In this document: positions 19,814-30,061 of the stretch, piece by piece
Position numbering within the stretch: position 1 is the stretch's first letter
Layout: each line of letters begins with the position of its first letter
IMG/VR virus record: IMGVR_UViG_3300042342_001499
Reading direction: 5' to 3' (one strand)
DNA from: an uncultured virus (IMG/VR IMGVR_UViG_3300042342_001499)
Lineage: Duplodnaviria; Heunggongvirae; Uroviricota; Caudoviricetes
Length of the DNA: 64,000 bases
Position numbers and translations under genes: made by a program
Notes under the pieces: model-generated
What the model saw: the letters and a program-made list of their open reading frames with translations, nothing else
What the model was told of the DNA's origin: nothing
Database searches by the model: none

Positions 19814-20217
19814 AACACTTAATACTTTTTGAAAATTTCTTTAATGAAAAAGAGCCTACACCAATATCAATAGGAGGTATAGAATCTATGATATCTAATA
19901 AAGGTAAAACGCCTTTTATAGTTGCAGTAGATCCCAATATAGAAGCAGAATATATTTCTGCAGGATCTAATAAATGGCAAGAACCAGGATCAATCACTAT
20001 GGTAAGAGTTAATGATCTATCTAAGATATTAAACAAACAGATAGTAATAAGTCCACACGGATATAATATAAGAGAAAGACCCACGGTTATCCTAGTATCA
20101 ACTAGAGATTTTTCTAAGCTTTCTGAAATAATTTTAGATAACTCTTATTCGTTCATTGTTGATTCTCCGCTTTATGGAATAATCACCAATGGAATAGATT
20201 ATTATAAATTGAAATAA
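19810..20217 (+). CDS. Putative internal virion protein
   Basis: MKHLILFENFFNE N-terminus; ATGA overlap with the upstream gene. Confidence 0.55.
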   Translation: MKHLILFENFFNEKEPTPISIGGIESMISNKGKTPFIVAVDPNIEAEYISAGSNKWQEPGSITMVRVNDLSKILNKQIVISPHGYNIRERPTVILVSTRDFSKLSEIILDNSYSFIVDSPLYGIITNGIDYYKLK

Positions 20218-20493
20218 CTAATTTACGAATTTACTATCAATTATTAGTACATCACCAACAATGATGTGGGAAATTCCATTATTCTGCAAAAATAAAGTTG
20301 CTGAGGTGTTAAATTCTAGTCCATCAATCTTTCCCTCTTCGTTAACTACCATTATCTTATTATCAGGAATTCTGACAAATTCTATATAACCTTTAACGCA
20401 ATCCTGCATTTCTTTTAAAGTTATCATCTTTCCAGAAAACTCTATTTTTTCTGATTTACCTGATGACTTTAATAAAATTCCGTGAGCTTTCAT
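20218..20493 (-). CDS. DUF3846-like protein
   Basis: LKEMQ..V.GYIE, VNEEGK, N..AT, IVGDV. Confidence 0.7.
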   Translation of the reverse strand: MKAHGILLKSSGKSEKIEFSGKMITLKEMQDCVKGYIEFVRIPDNKIMVVNEEGKIDGLEFNTSATLFLQNNGISHIIVGDVLIIDSKFVN

Positions 20494-20494
20494 A

Positions 20495-21142
20495 TTAATT
20501 TAGATTATTAAGTATTGAATATTTATTTTTAATATCTTCAATTTTTTTGTAGTCTGTTCCCACTATTGCATCTCGATCTGGAGATTCTATACCTTTAAGA
20601 GATCTTTTAATAATAATAGATTCCACCGTGTCTATATAATCTTTATTTAGACAAGAAATCATAATGGAAAGTGCAACTATATTTAACATTTTTGAAATTT
20701 CTTCATAATCTTTTATATCATCCTTCGCCTTCAATTCCATTATAAATCTAGTGTCAAACGTATTAGAAACAAATCCCTGTAGATTATTAAAAGGAATTGC
20801 TGGAAGCCCATCATACAGTTTTTTAATCCCATCTTCCACATTATCAATATTGCTATATTTCTGTCTTATTAGACCAGTATTTCTGAATTTAATGTCTGGA
20901 TTTTTCACTTTATTTGTTACATTCTCAGTGTACCATTTCCACATAGATTCAAATGTCCCATGTCCAAGATCTCCAATTAATTCACTAAACTCCTTCGTAT
21001 TACACATATAGAGAGTTGCAGTGAGTTTAATCATATTACCAATCCTTCTATCATTCTCTGTCTCTAAAAAATCCTCGCCAATAGAAAAAAATTCAGTGCC
21101 TAAAAATAATCTCCCTTTCTGTTTTTTACTTCTTCCTTCCAT
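20495..21142 (-). CDS. Hypothetical protein
   Basis: 215-aa ORF behind an early promoter. Confidence 0.6.
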   Translation of the reverse strand: MEGRSKKQKGRLFLGTEFFSIGEDFLETENDRRIGNMIKLTATLYMCNTKEFSELIGDLGHGTFESMWKWYTENVTNKVKNPDIKFRNTGLIRQKYSNIDNVEDGIKKLYDGLPAIPFNNLQGFVSNTFDTRFIMELKAKDDIKDYEEISKMLNIVALSIMISCLNKDYIDTVESIIIKRSLKGIESPDRDAIVGTDYKKIEDIKNKYSILNNLN

Positions 21143-21205
21143 ATCTTTTAATTTTTAATTGTGATGCAAATCTATAAAGCATAAATCGTATAAAAAAATG
21201 ATTTA

Positions 21206-21388
21206 TTAAGATGTAAAATTCTTTATCATCTGGTAGATCATTTTATAAACTTTTATTGAAGCCCAGATCACAAAATAGATCAATGCTACAAGAAGGATTA
21301 TGCTCATAATAAAAGGACTATTGAGTATATAAATAACTACTCCTATTAGAGCTAATAATAATAATGTGGTTGTTATATGAAGTTTCAT
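21206..21388 (-). CDS. Small membrane protein
   Basis: Two hydrophobic helices. Confidence 0.55.
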   Translation of the reverse strand: MKLHITTTLLLLALIGVVIYILNSPFIMSIILLVALIYFVIWASIKVYKMIYQMIKNFTS

Positions 21389-21415
21389 TTTTTTGTTTAT
21401 TTGGTTAATTATACT

Positions 21416-21562
21416 TTATACTAATTCTCTGCTATAAAGATTAGCTAATATTATCCTGGCTAATTTAAAATCTTTAGCCCTATTAAGTCTAAGTCCATAA
21501 GCAAAAGCTACGCATTTTAAATGTGGTAATGCTTCACTGATTGTCATTTTTCCTATTTCCAT
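21416..21562 (-). CDS. Small hypothetical protein
   Basis: Start MEIGKM downstream of the early promoter at about 21577-21613. Confidence 0.55.
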   Translation of the reverse strand: MEIGKMTISEALPHLKCVAFAYGLRLNRAKDFKLARIILANLYSRELV

Positions 21563-21625
21563 ATTATTAATTTTGGTAAAAGTATAGATTAATCCAAAAA
21601 GAAAAAAATGATTCATATATAACTT

Positions 21626-22069
21626 ATGATTAAATATTTTGCATACGGATCTAATATGGATATGACAAGACTATCTAATAGAGGTGTAAATCCAGAAACG
21701 AGGCACAAAGGCACTCTAAAAAATTGGAAATTAAAATTTAATAAGAAAGCATCTGCAGGAGATTGGAGCTTTGCCAATATAGAACAGTCAGAAGGAGATA
21801 TCGTAGAAGGATTAGTTTTTACGATAAAAGAAAGCGATCTCAAACTACTTGATAAATTTGAAGGGGCACCAAAACATTATAGAAGAGAGATCTTAGAGAT
21901 AGAAACTGACAGAGAAGCAATTAAGTGTATAACTTATATAGCACAGCCTGAACATATAATGGAAGGACTACTTCCAGTAAAAGAGTATATGGATTTTTTG
22001 ATAAAAGGATCGGCATTATTATCTTGCGAATATCAAAAGATGCTACTAGAAATAGATAAAACGATTTAA
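21626..22069 (+). CDS. Gamma-glutamylcyclotransferase family protein
   Basis: YFAYGSNM, VEGLV, LDKFEG...Y. Confidence 0.88.
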   Translation: MIKYFAYGSNMDMTRLSNRGVNPETRHKGTLKNWKLKFNKKASAGDWSFANIEQSEGDIVEGLVFTIKESDLKLLDKFEGAPKHYRREILEIETDREAIKCITYIAQPEHIMEGLLPVKEYMDFLIKGSALLSCEYQKMLLEIDKTI

Positions 22070-22155
22070 CCGAAAAAGTATCCGAGTAATCCAATAAATG
22101 AAAACCAAATAATCACATAAATAATCGGGTGTATTTCTCTCTTATTTTCTTTCAT
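22066..22155 (-). CDS. 29-aa membrane peptide
   Basis: MKENKREIHPIIYVIIWFSFIGLLGYFFG; read by hand, below the track cutoff. Confidence 0.4.
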   Translation of the reverse strand: MKENKREIHPIIYVIIWFSFIGLLGYFFG

Positions 22156-22163
22156 AATCTATA

Positions 22164-22640
22164 TTATTTGATATTCTTCCAATCAGGTGTTATATTAAAT
22201 ATAAGATCTACAATCTTTGACTTAGCATCAGAAGAATTATCATATGTGGGTACAGGGATTTGTTTGTCTTCTGAATTATAAATTTGAATAATCTTTTTCA
22301 TATCCGCTGCTTCAATCTTTCTCCTTTCACCTTCATTGTCTCTGATAACATAGAAATCTCCTCTAGTGCTTTTCCAAAAATCAGAAAGAGTCACTCCACC
22401 TTGATAAATTGGAGATTTAGAAGTGATCTTATAATCTTTAACACCATTAGGTCCTTTGATTCTAAGAGCAGAATGTGTAGCATAATCCTCACCATGTTTT
22501 CTCATTGTCTTCTTAACCACACAAAATTTATATGCAGTATCTGGCTTATGTAGCTGAACCCAATCTGTGGCTTCACCTGTGGGATGAGCATAAATTCCAG
22601 ATTCATTTACAAAGTCTTCGTATTTAGAAATATTTCTCAT
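22164..22640 (-). CDS. Putative internal virion protein
   Basis: MRNISKYEDFVNES N-terminus. Confidence 0.55.
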   Translation of the reverse strand: MRNISKYEDFVNESGIYAHPTGEATDWVQLHKPDTAYKFCVVKKTMRKHGEDYATHSALRIKGPNGVKDYKITSKSPIYQGGVTLSDFWKSTRGDFYVIRDNEGERRKIEAADMKKIIQIYNSEDKQIPVPTYDNSSDAKSKIVDLIFNITPDWKNIK

Positions 22641-22643
22641 ATA

Positions 22644-23282
22644 TTATGCTATTGCAGTTACGAATTTTTCGGTGAGATTTCCAGATTTATGTATAACCTC
22701 TTCATAGCCTTCTTTACCTTCATATTTTTCAAGTCCGCTATAATCGCCAGAATGACCTAATCCTCCTCTTCTTGCTATCTCATAATGTTTGCCATCTTGG
22801 ATCTTTGTTAAAGGAACAGACACAACTAACTTATTTCCTCCTAATTCCATTTTAATATTTTTAATATCTGGCTTGGCACTAATAGTTTTAAGGTATTCAT
22901 TTAATTCTAAAGTTAGCACATTCAGAAGCTGATGTATGGTATCTCCTTTACCTCCTTTAGCATGTTTAAGAAGAAATCCGGATTGTGGGCCATCATAAAT
23001 AATATTAAAAGCGGTAGGAGTTTTATTTATAGCAATCTTAGGAACTGTTTTATCGTTAACTTTACTTACCCCATTCCAAAATGCTTCCTTTCCAAAATGA
23101 GTCCAACAGTCATTATTTGGACAAGAAGACTCATCATTTCTTGTAGGAGATACAGGACCGCTAGGAGTAGAAGTCGAGGTCTCCTCTGATTTATCTCCGA
23201 AGCCTAATGCTTTAGCAAGTATGTTAGCATCCGGAAATAATTGTTCATTAATAAATTGGTCTATTGATTTAATATGCTTCAT
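22644..23282 (-). CDS. Putative internal virion protein
   Basis: MKHIKSIDQFINE N-terminus; GATATATA upstream. Confidence 0.55.
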   Translation of the reverse strand: MKHIKSIDQFINEQLFPDANILAKALGFGDKSEETSTSTPSGPVSPTRNDESSCPNNDCWTHFGKEAFWNGVSKVNDKTVPKIAINKTPTAFNIIYDGPQSGFLLKHAKGGKGDTIHQLLNVLTLELNEYLKTISAKPDIKNIKMELGGNKLVVSVPLTKIQDGKHYEIARRGGLGHSGDYSGLEKYEGKEGYEEVIHKSGNLTEKFVTAIA

Positions 23283-23325
23283 ATACTATATATCTCTATG
23301 AATTATATATTAGATTTAAGATATT

Positions 23326-24039
23326 CTATGTTTCTATAATGTACCATTTACCTTCGAAGTCTTCCACAAGACATGTGGTATTCTCACAGAAATCTCCGCT
23401 ATTCATATAATCAGACTCTAGTTTTGGTTGGTGTATATGTCCACATACTGCAACATCATACCCTTTCTCCCTTGTTAATCCCTTAGCATTTTTTTCAAAG
23501 TCGTCTATGAAGTTAATTGCACCCTTTACTGACTGTTTAATTGTCTTTGCCAATGAATAGTAAGGGAGATTAAATTTTTTTCTTATGAAGTTGTATAAAG
23601 TGTTTAATCTGATTACGAAATCATAAGACCATCCACCAACAACTGCTAGCCATCTCACTTTCATAATAACAAAATCTAGAACATCTCCATGAAAGCAATA
23701 ATAACTTCTACCGTCTGCTCCTATGTGTGTGTACTTTCTAACAATCTCTATATTATTTAAAGTGAATGGAATAAATGGTTTTAGAAAATCATCATGGTTA
23801 CCTCTGATGTAAATCACCTTAGTGTCTTTCTCAGATCTTTTCATAAACTTTCTGAACACCTTTGTGCATTCAGGTTTCCATTTATTGCTTCCTTTCAATG
23901 CCCATCCATCTATAATGTCTCCATTAAGTATTAGAGTCTCTGATTCATTCTCTTCTAGAAATTTTATAATCTTATCAGTCTGTGATTGTCTTGCTCCTAG
24001 ATGCAAGTCGCTCATTATTATAGTTCTCCACTTTTTCAT
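23326..24039 (-). CDS. LpxH-like metallophosphoesterase (UDP-2,3-diacylglucosamine diphosphatase family)
   Basis: SDLHLG, LNGDIID, GNHD, FHGD, CGHIH, NSGD. Confidence 0.85.
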   Translation of the reverse strand: MKKWRTIIMSDLHLGARQSQTDKIIKFLEENESETLILNGDIIDGWALKGSNKWKPECTKVFRKFMKRSEKDTKVIYIRGNHDDFLKPFIPFTLNNIEIVRKYTHIGADGRSYYCFHGDVLDFVIMKVRWLAVVGGWSYDFVIRLNTLYNFIRKKFNLPYYSLAKTIKQSVKGAINFIDDFEKNAKGLTREKGYDVAVCGHIHQPKLESDYMNSGDFCENTTCLVEDFEGKWYIIET

Positions 24040-24761
24040 TTCCAATACCCTTTATCACTTTCAAAAAACTTCTTATTGTTGCTGTTAAAGAAAGATCCCA
24101 GCATCAACTTTAGCATATACCATATTCCTTTGGATTCGAATCTTCTAGGAGGAGTGTACACAATATTGTTTATTCTTCCGAATTTTTTTGGTGTTATTTG
24201 TTTGGAAAAAATATAATCCTCTGCAACTTTTATATCCTCGTCAAATCCTCCAATTTCTTTGAAAGTATTTGATCTCACTAACATATAACCACCAAGACAA
24301 AAAGGAGTGGTCCATTTAGATGCCATTTGTATTAAATCGAATGTCTTATAGACATAATTATATTTACCATTGTCAGATCTAAATTTAGTGGTGACTAAAT
24401 CTAATACGTATTTGTTTATTTTTATAATAGATCTGATAATCACTTTGGGATCTAACAGAAATACATCTGCATCCATGAATAGAACATATGGTGTTGTAAC
24501 TAGTTTAAATCCGTTGTTTCTTGCCTTTGCGGGAAGTCCCCCGTCCATTAAATGAAGATCAAACATATCTGTCGTGCGTCCATACTCTAATCTTTCGATT
24601 AAATCTTGCTTTGTTACACCGTCATTAGAAGCGTCACAAACAATAACTTTAACACCATTAATACCTGATTGATAATTTAAAAGGTCTAAGGTTTTTAGAA
24701 TGGTATTCTTTTCGTTTTTACAAGGAATAACGATAGTTAATTGATCCGATAATTTAATCAT
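24036..24761 (-). CDS. GT2 family glycosyltransferase
   Basis: IVIPCKNE, ARNNG, FMDAD, GGFDE...AED. Confidence 0.9.
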   Translation of the reverse strand: MIKLSDQLTIVIPCKNEKNTILKTLDLLNYQSGINGVKVIVCDASNDGVTKQDLIERLEYGRTTDMFDLHLMDGGLPAKARNNGFKLVTTPYVLFMDADVFLLDPKVIIRSIIKINKYVLDLVTTKFRSDNGKYNYVYKTFDLIQMASKWTTPFCLGGYMLVRSNTFKEIGGFDEDIKVAEDYIFSKQITPKKFGRINNIVYTPPRRFESKGIWYMLKLMLGSFFNSNNKKFFESDKGYWK

Positions 24762-24878
24762 TCGATTATTTATTTTTTAGGAAATCCCCCATTTATTTAT
24801 ATATTCCTAAAAAATTAAGAGAAGATACGAATTAGTAAAAAGTAATCTTATTTTAACGTGAAACTGAATTAAATTGAT

Positions 24879-25289
24879 TTATATTGTCCTTATAATAAAT
24901 GATATACTCGATTCCTCTGACCAATCTATAATTTTAGCCTGATCCCTGTTCAAGTCAATCTCACCACCATCTCCATCATACCCTACTGCATCTTCTGAAT
25001 TAAGAAATTTTTCAACCTCTATAGGATCATCGATTAATACACTTGATCCATATCCGAAATCACTATCAACTTGTAATACTATTTCACTAGTGAGTGTCAC
25101 TGAGTAATTATTCTTGATATGATCAAAAACACCTAATTTCTTTAAGCTGATTATATATTTTGATTGTTTGTAATTAGCTCTTTTCAAACCATCGCTCAGT
25201 GAATCACCCCAATCCAAGAATTCTTTATAGCTAGAGAAATCTCTATGTATAGGAATCAATTCTATATGGCCAAGTTTTAATGTACTCAT
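24879..25289 (-). CDS. Hypothetical protein, paralog of 25286-25693
   Basis: Shared LK.GHIELIPI, IDD..E.E.F and G.D.DG.E motifs. Confidence 0.6.
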   Translation of the reverse strand: MSTLKLGHIELIPIHRDFSSYKEFLDWGDSLSDGLKRANYKQSKYIISLKKLGVFDHIKNNYSVTLTSEIVLQVDSDFGYGSSVLIDDPIEVEKFLNSEDAVGYDGDGGEIDLNRDQAKIIDWSEESSISFIIRTI

Positions 25290-25693
25290 ATTTTTCTATA
25301 TATAAAACAGTAATAATATCCAGTATCTTCAAATGATTGACAACTGTCCATATGAACATCAGATTCTTCACCATCTTCATCAAATCCATAACATTCCTTT
25401 CCTTTATGAAAGTTCTCTATTTCATCCTCGTCATCTATCATAACCAAATTCCCATCATCTGTAACAACATCAATTTGGGTCACGACACTAACTTGGTATA
25501 GATCACTAAAATTTCGATAAATTTTTAATTTACTAAATTCATCTACTATATACGAGCTAACATCTACTAAAGTGAATTTATATTCGGAACCCAATTCACT
25601 TAAATAATCTTTAAGATCACTATAACAATGAAAGTAACTCTTATTTGGCTCAATTGGGATTAATTCAATATGACCAATTTTTAAGGTTCTCAT
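25286..25693 (-). CDS. Hypothetical protein, paralog of 24879-25289
   Basis: Shared motifs as above. Confidence 0.6.
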   Translation of the reverse strand: MRTLKIGHIELIPIEPNKSYFHCYSDLKDYLSELGSEYKFTLVDVSSYIVDEFSKLKIYRNFSDLYQVSVVTQIDVVTDDGNLVMIDDEDEIENFHKGKECYGFDEDGEESDVHMDSCQSFEDTGYYYCFIYRKI

Positions 25694-25711
25694 ATTTATT
25701 TCTTTATATTA

Positions 25712-26434
25712 TTATATACCTATTACCCAAACAGTAGGATCAACATGATTATAGAAATGCCAGAACATTCTTCTTCTACCACCCACAGTGTAATAGTTAC
25801 CTCTATATAGTATAAACTGAGTACAAGGTAATTCTCCTCCGCTGGCTTCGACACGATTAAAATGAGCTATTGATCCTTTTATGTAAATCCAGAATTGAGC
25901 CATGTTTATAGTGATATCAGGATACTTCTGTACAAGACCTAATGTGTTACTAATAGTCGCATCATCTAATCCTGCAGCGATTGCTTTATTGTATTCTCTC
26001 TCACATTCATCTAAAAAATCTGGATTTTTTTCTAAAGCATCCCAATCGTGATTCTTAAAATTAGAACTTAATCTTGGACGTATATAATCTAAAGGCATCT
26101 TTTCCATCTCCCCTTGTTCAAACAATTCACGACACCAAATAATAAGGGGAATAAACCTTGGGTCATTCTGCTCCGCTAGTATTAAAAGTGCTTCAGTTGT
26201 GATCTCGTCAGACTTACTAGGTGGATCTACGTGTTTTTCTAACCATTTAGGCTCGCCATTAAATCCGTCTGCTTTGATGTCAAATATCTTCTGATCAATA
26301 TCAGAAGGAAGAAGAGCCTTTAACTCCGGATAATTCTTAAAAACTCGGTAGAATTCTTTAAACTCATACTCTGGTTTTTTATAGACCGGATTTTTCTTAG
26401 CTAAAAAAGCTTCAAATAGTTTTATATGTTTCAT
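25712..26434 (-). CDS. Putative internal virion protein
   Basis: MKHIKLFEAF N-terminus; GGRRR near the C-terminus is weakly ParB/Srx-like. Confidence 0.55.
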   Translation of the reverse strand: MKHIKLFEAFLAKKNPVYKKPEYEFKEFYRVFKNYPELKALLPSDIDQKIFDIKADGFNGEPKWLEKHVDPPSKSDEITTEALLILAEQNDPRFIPLIIWCRELFEQGEMEKMPLDYIRPRLSSNFKNHDWDALEKNPDFLDECEREYNKAIAAGLDDATISNTLGLVQKYPDITINMAQFWIYIKGSIAHFNRVEASGGELPCTQFILYRGNYYTVGGRRRMFWHFYNHVDPTVWVIGI

Positions 26435-26446
26435 AATTTATCCAAT

Positions 26447-27694
26447 TTAATTCTTATCATCTCCGAATCCAAATCTTCTCATCATAGATCCTCCTTTTAT
26501 CATACTAGCATCGTCTCTCATTATATCGCTAAATACATCAGCAAAAATTGGATTGTTACCCCATTCTTTACCCACTTTAGCATAATCTAATACATTATTA
26601 TTTTTTAAATCTAATAACATCTTACGCATCTTAGATTTACCAGATTCACTATTAGCATATTCCTCAACAATCACTCTTAGATCTTTATCACCTAATAATT
26701 CAGAAACAGTTTTAAAGAATTCTTCTATCTTATTATAATCCCAATTATTTAACACTTCTAAAATTTTCGCCTTGACCATATCTAAAGGATCGGGGGTGTA
26801 GGAATCACCGGATTCATATGCTGCTATAATATCTTTTAATATCTGAATAGCGGTATTAGATTTTATTACAGAAATCTCATCCATTCTCCATGTTGCGATA
26901 GTCTGTTTAGAGAATTCTTTAATTTTATTTAGAAATGCTTTATCTAAACCTTTGAATGTTTTAACCTTCGTTTTAAAAGTTCCAACCTCAGGAGATCCTT
27001 CTAATGTGATATCTATTTTACTATTAAGAAATAGTCCTTCGCCTTTATTAAAAACTCCTAGCGGTGTTACGTTTTTTAATGTGACCACTAATTCGTAAGG
27101 ATCATTATCAGAAATACTAGGAGAGAAATCTAAAATAGAATCGAAAAACTTATATGAAGGAGTCTCTAAAACCTTCATGGGATCACTAATATATTTATCT
27201 GATTCCGCCATCGCTTTAGTAACAGCTTGATCTGCTAAATCCCCATTATATTTTCTACTAAGTTCTAATACATTTTGATAAAATTTGTTGCCCTTTATCT
27301 TATTATATGTGTTACTACCAATAATTCCGCCAAAAACAAAATCTTCAAATTCAGAAGATTTTACTCCTCTTGATAAAGCATTAGCCAAATAATAAATGTA
27401 CACATAATCAAAAACTTTATCCCATGTATCCAATTTAGCATTCTGTGGTCCCACTTGATAAGCACCATAATAAAAAACACCATTCTTAGTGATCTTAAAA
27501 TCATACGAAGGTCCATCTATTCTAATAGAACCTCCTCTAATTATATTAAGGTCGATTACCATTCTGGGTATTAGAGATTGTAAATTTCTAAAGGATGGCA
27601 TTTGTTTTAATTTAGCTAACTCATTCTCATTCGTAGGAAGCTCTAAACTGTGCGTCTTACTTTCAAAAAGTGCAAATGACTTAAGATGTTTCAT
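26447..27694 (-). CDS. Putative internal virion protein with C-terminal GxxMxxRFG motif
   Basis: MKHLKSFALFES start, IKGGSMMRRFGF end; GATATATA upstream. Confidence 0.6.
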   Translation of the reverse strand: MKHLKSFALFESKTHSLELPTNENELAKLKQMPSFRNLQSLIPRMVIDLNIIRGGSIRIDGPSYDFKITKNGVFYYGAYQVGPQNAKLDTWDKVFDYVYIYYLANALSRGVKSSEFEDFVFGGIIGSNTYNKIKGNKFYQNVLELSRKYNGDLADQAVTKAMAESDKYISDPMKVLETPSYKFFDSILDFSPSISDNDPYELVVTLKNVTPLGVFNKGEGLFLNSKIDITLEGSPEVGTFKTKVKTFKGLDKAFLNKIKEFSKQTIATWRMDEISVIKSNTAIQILKDIIAAYESGDSYTPDPLDMVKAKILEVLNNWDYNKIEEFFKTVSELLGDKDLRVIVEEYANSESGKSKMRKMLLDLKNNNVLDYAKVGKEWGNNPIFADVFSDIMRDDASMIKGGSMMRRFGFGDDKN

Positions 27695-27765
27695 ACTACT
27701 ATATATCTAATTATTATCACACAAAAAAAGACCCTAAGGTCTTTTTGATTTTACGAGAATTTTAT

Positions 27766-28206
27766 TTATTTATTTTCAATTAGTAACTCTCCTACAACCT
27801 CTATTTTACCTACAAGCTCTTGAAATTTCACCTGAGATATATTCATAGAGTTTCTAGTGGCTTCATAAAGATCTGTAAGTAAATCGTCATACTCAGATTT
27901 AAGAGACTCCATATCTAATTCGCCATCTACACTTTTTTGGTAATAAGGAAGTTTAACATGAAAATGATGATATGTTAATAAAGCATCGCCACCTTTTTCT
28001 TTTGCAGCCTTAGATATTTTTGTTGCACCTGCTAATCTATTTTCTGCAAATTCTTGAATGGTCTCTTTTTCCTCGTTTACCCCGGAATTTTCTTTCACAC
28101 AGTTAGGTACAGGTCTACCGTCTTTATCTTTGGTTCCAATTTGCTTGTAGCCAGCCCAGCAAGGTCCTTTTTTTTCGAGTATAAATTTATCGTATGCTAA
28201 TATCAT
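27766..28206 (-). CDS. Putative virion protein with CWxGY...VPNCVKE motif
   Basis: FILE then PCWAGYKQIGTKDKDGRPVPNCVKE, a short motif I recognise from large T4-like phage proteins. Confidence 0.55.
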   Translation of the reverse strand: MILAYDKFILEKKGPCWAGYKQIGTKDKDGRPVPNCVKENSGVNEEKETIQEFAENRLAGATKISKAAKEKGGDALLTYHHFHVKLPYYQKSVDGELDMESLKSEYDDLLTDLYEATRNSMNISQVKFQELVGKIEVVGELLIENK

Positions 28207-28210
28207 ATGC

Positions 28211-28233
28211 TATATATCAAAAAAAGATATATA
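28211..28233. promoter_or_regulatory. Back-to-back late-type promoters TATATATC-N7-GATATATA
   Basis: Inverted GATATATA boxes each 4-5 nt from the ATG of divergent genes. Confidence 0.75.
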
Positions 28234-28238
28234 ATAGA

Positions 28239-28799
28239 ATGAAAAATATTTTTCAATACTCCAAATTCATTAATGAGATGTGGGACACAATCCCAGACAT
28301 CAATGTCATAAATAGAATCCCAGCAAGAGATGAAGATATCACATACGAATTTGAAATAGACGGAGCTATATACAAAGTGTTCATCATGGTGAGAAGGTGG
28401 GAAGACAACACAGCCACTCTGGAAATACATTTTGCATCTAAATCAAAAATCACAGACACAGAATACTCAGACTCACTCACAGGAAGAAACAACATGCAGG
28501 ATGTTATGGGAAGTGTGTGGTGGGCAGTAAAGGAATGGGCTAAAGAAAGAAGCAAAGGAGGAGACCTAGCATCTATTATAGTGGTAGCTAAATCTGAATC
28601 TCAAGGAGACGAAAGAAGATCTAAGATATATGCCAACTTCATAGCGAAGAAAGCTCAAGAAGCAGGAATGATCATTACAAAAACCGTAGACATCTCAGAC
28701 GTATACAATAACTTGATGCAAAGCCTAAGGGATTCTAGTGCTATTGTAACTAAATATTCTATTGAGAGATTTCCTTTAGATAGGTTAAAAAGCCTATAA
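28239..28799 (+). CDS. Putative internal virion protein
   Basis: Start at MKNIFQYSKFINE right after GATATATA. Confidence 0.6.
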   Translation: MKNIFQYSKFINEMWDTIPDINVINRIPARDEDITYEFEIDGAIYKVFIMVRRWEDNTATLEIHFASKSKITDTEYSDSLTGRNNMQDVMGSVWWAVKEWAKERSKGGDLASIIVVAKSESQGDERRSKIYANFIAKKAQEAGMIITKTVDISDVYNNLMQSLRDSSAIVTKYSIERFPLDRLKSL

Positions 28800-29333
28800 T
28801 AATATAAAGAAATCCGGGTCTTCTTGTAGCATCACATAGTTACCTGCTTGAGCATATCTTACAGCTTCATCAGTTTCACTAGATGATAATTTACGTTCTT
28901 CAATCTTAATAAAAACAGCTTCAGGCGATTTTTGTCCAATCCTATTTAAAATATTCGTATCCACCATAGTACTATTGCGTAACACATAGAATCCTTCAGC
29001 AGCATCATTAAGAGATTCTAATGAACTTAAATCAGAAGATGTAGATAAATCAAATACGCCCATAGGAGGATTACCTAATATATCAAATACCTCCATAAAT
29101 TTATGGAAGTCCCAAGCATTCTTTACAATAACAGGCATTATCATTCTAGCTTTAGCCATAATCTTCTCCATTCCTGGAATTCCTTTAAAAGTAGCTCTAA
29201 TATTTCTTTCGAAGGTTATTTTTTTATTAAGTGTATCAGCTAGATCATTAATATCTCCATACGCCTTCCACGAATTGTATCCAGTACCTGCTTCGCTAAG
29301 ATTAAATGATTCAAATATTCTAATGTGTTTCAT
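28794..29333 (-). CDS. Putative internal virion protein
   Basis: MKHIRIFESFNLSE; GGATATATA upstream. Confidence 0.6.
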   Translation of the reverse strand: MKHIRIFESFNLSEAGTGYNSWKAYGDINDLADTLNKKITFERNIRATFKGIPGMEKIMAKARMIMPVIVKNAWDFHKFMEVFDILGNPPMGVFDLSTSSDLSSLESLNDAAEGFYVLRNSTMVDTNILNRIGQKSPEAVFIKIEERKLSSSETDEAVRYAQAGNYVMLQEDPDFFILL

Positions 29334-29434
29334 ATGCTATATTATATATCCAAGATTAAGAATATTCCTAGTAAATAAAAATAAACCCAAATGATACAAT
29401 TTTTTCTATAACCCTTAACAGCCTCAATATAGAT

Positions 29435-29956
29435 CTAAATGATGCCTCTTTTAATCATAGTCTTTAAAATAGACACAGGAGAAATTCCAGGAACTAGAAG
29501 AAATTCAAATTCACCATTATCTAAATCAATACTTTCTATTAAATCATCAATTTTATAATGTGAACTTATTCCGATTTTATCCTTGATATAATCATTGATA
29601 GAAGGAAGTATAGCAACCATACTATCATATAAATCTTTAATACTAGGATCCTCCGTATCGAAATAAAAATCTTTATACGATGGCTCATTAGAAGAGACAC
29701 GTTCATAATAATCATACGAATTAACACTCATTGACCAACCAGCACCAGTCATATACTCTTCTGGATCCTCTTCAACTATCTCAGTAACCATCGCCTCAAA
29801 TCCCCATAACAAATAATCTTCGCCATTAGGATACTCATCATGCTCTATAAATATTTTCTTAGCAGATTCTTCATCCTTATCAATGATAACCATGATCTTT
29901 CTAAAAGTGTAATCAGGACCCCCATTGGCCTGGTAATCTATAATCCATCCTTTCAT
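29435..29956 (-). CDS. Acidic hypothetical protein (late promoter)
   Basis: GATATATAAGATATG leader; ends MIKRGII. Confidence 0.6.
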   Translation of the reverse strand: MKGWIIDYQANGGPDYTFRKIMVIIDKDEESAKKIFIEHDEYPNGEDYLLWGFEAMVTEIVEEDPEEYMTGAGWSMSVNSYDYYERVSSNEPSYKDFYFDTEDPSIKDLYDSMVAILPSINDYIKDKIGISSHYKIDDLIESIDLDNGEFEFLLVPGISPVSILKTMIKRGII

Positions 29957-30061
29957 ATCTTATATATCACACATAATTCAAGAGAATTCTAAGCCATCTT
30001 AGATCACGGCCCCTGGGCCATATCCAAAGTTAAGAATATTTTCTTCGAATAAAAAATGTGA

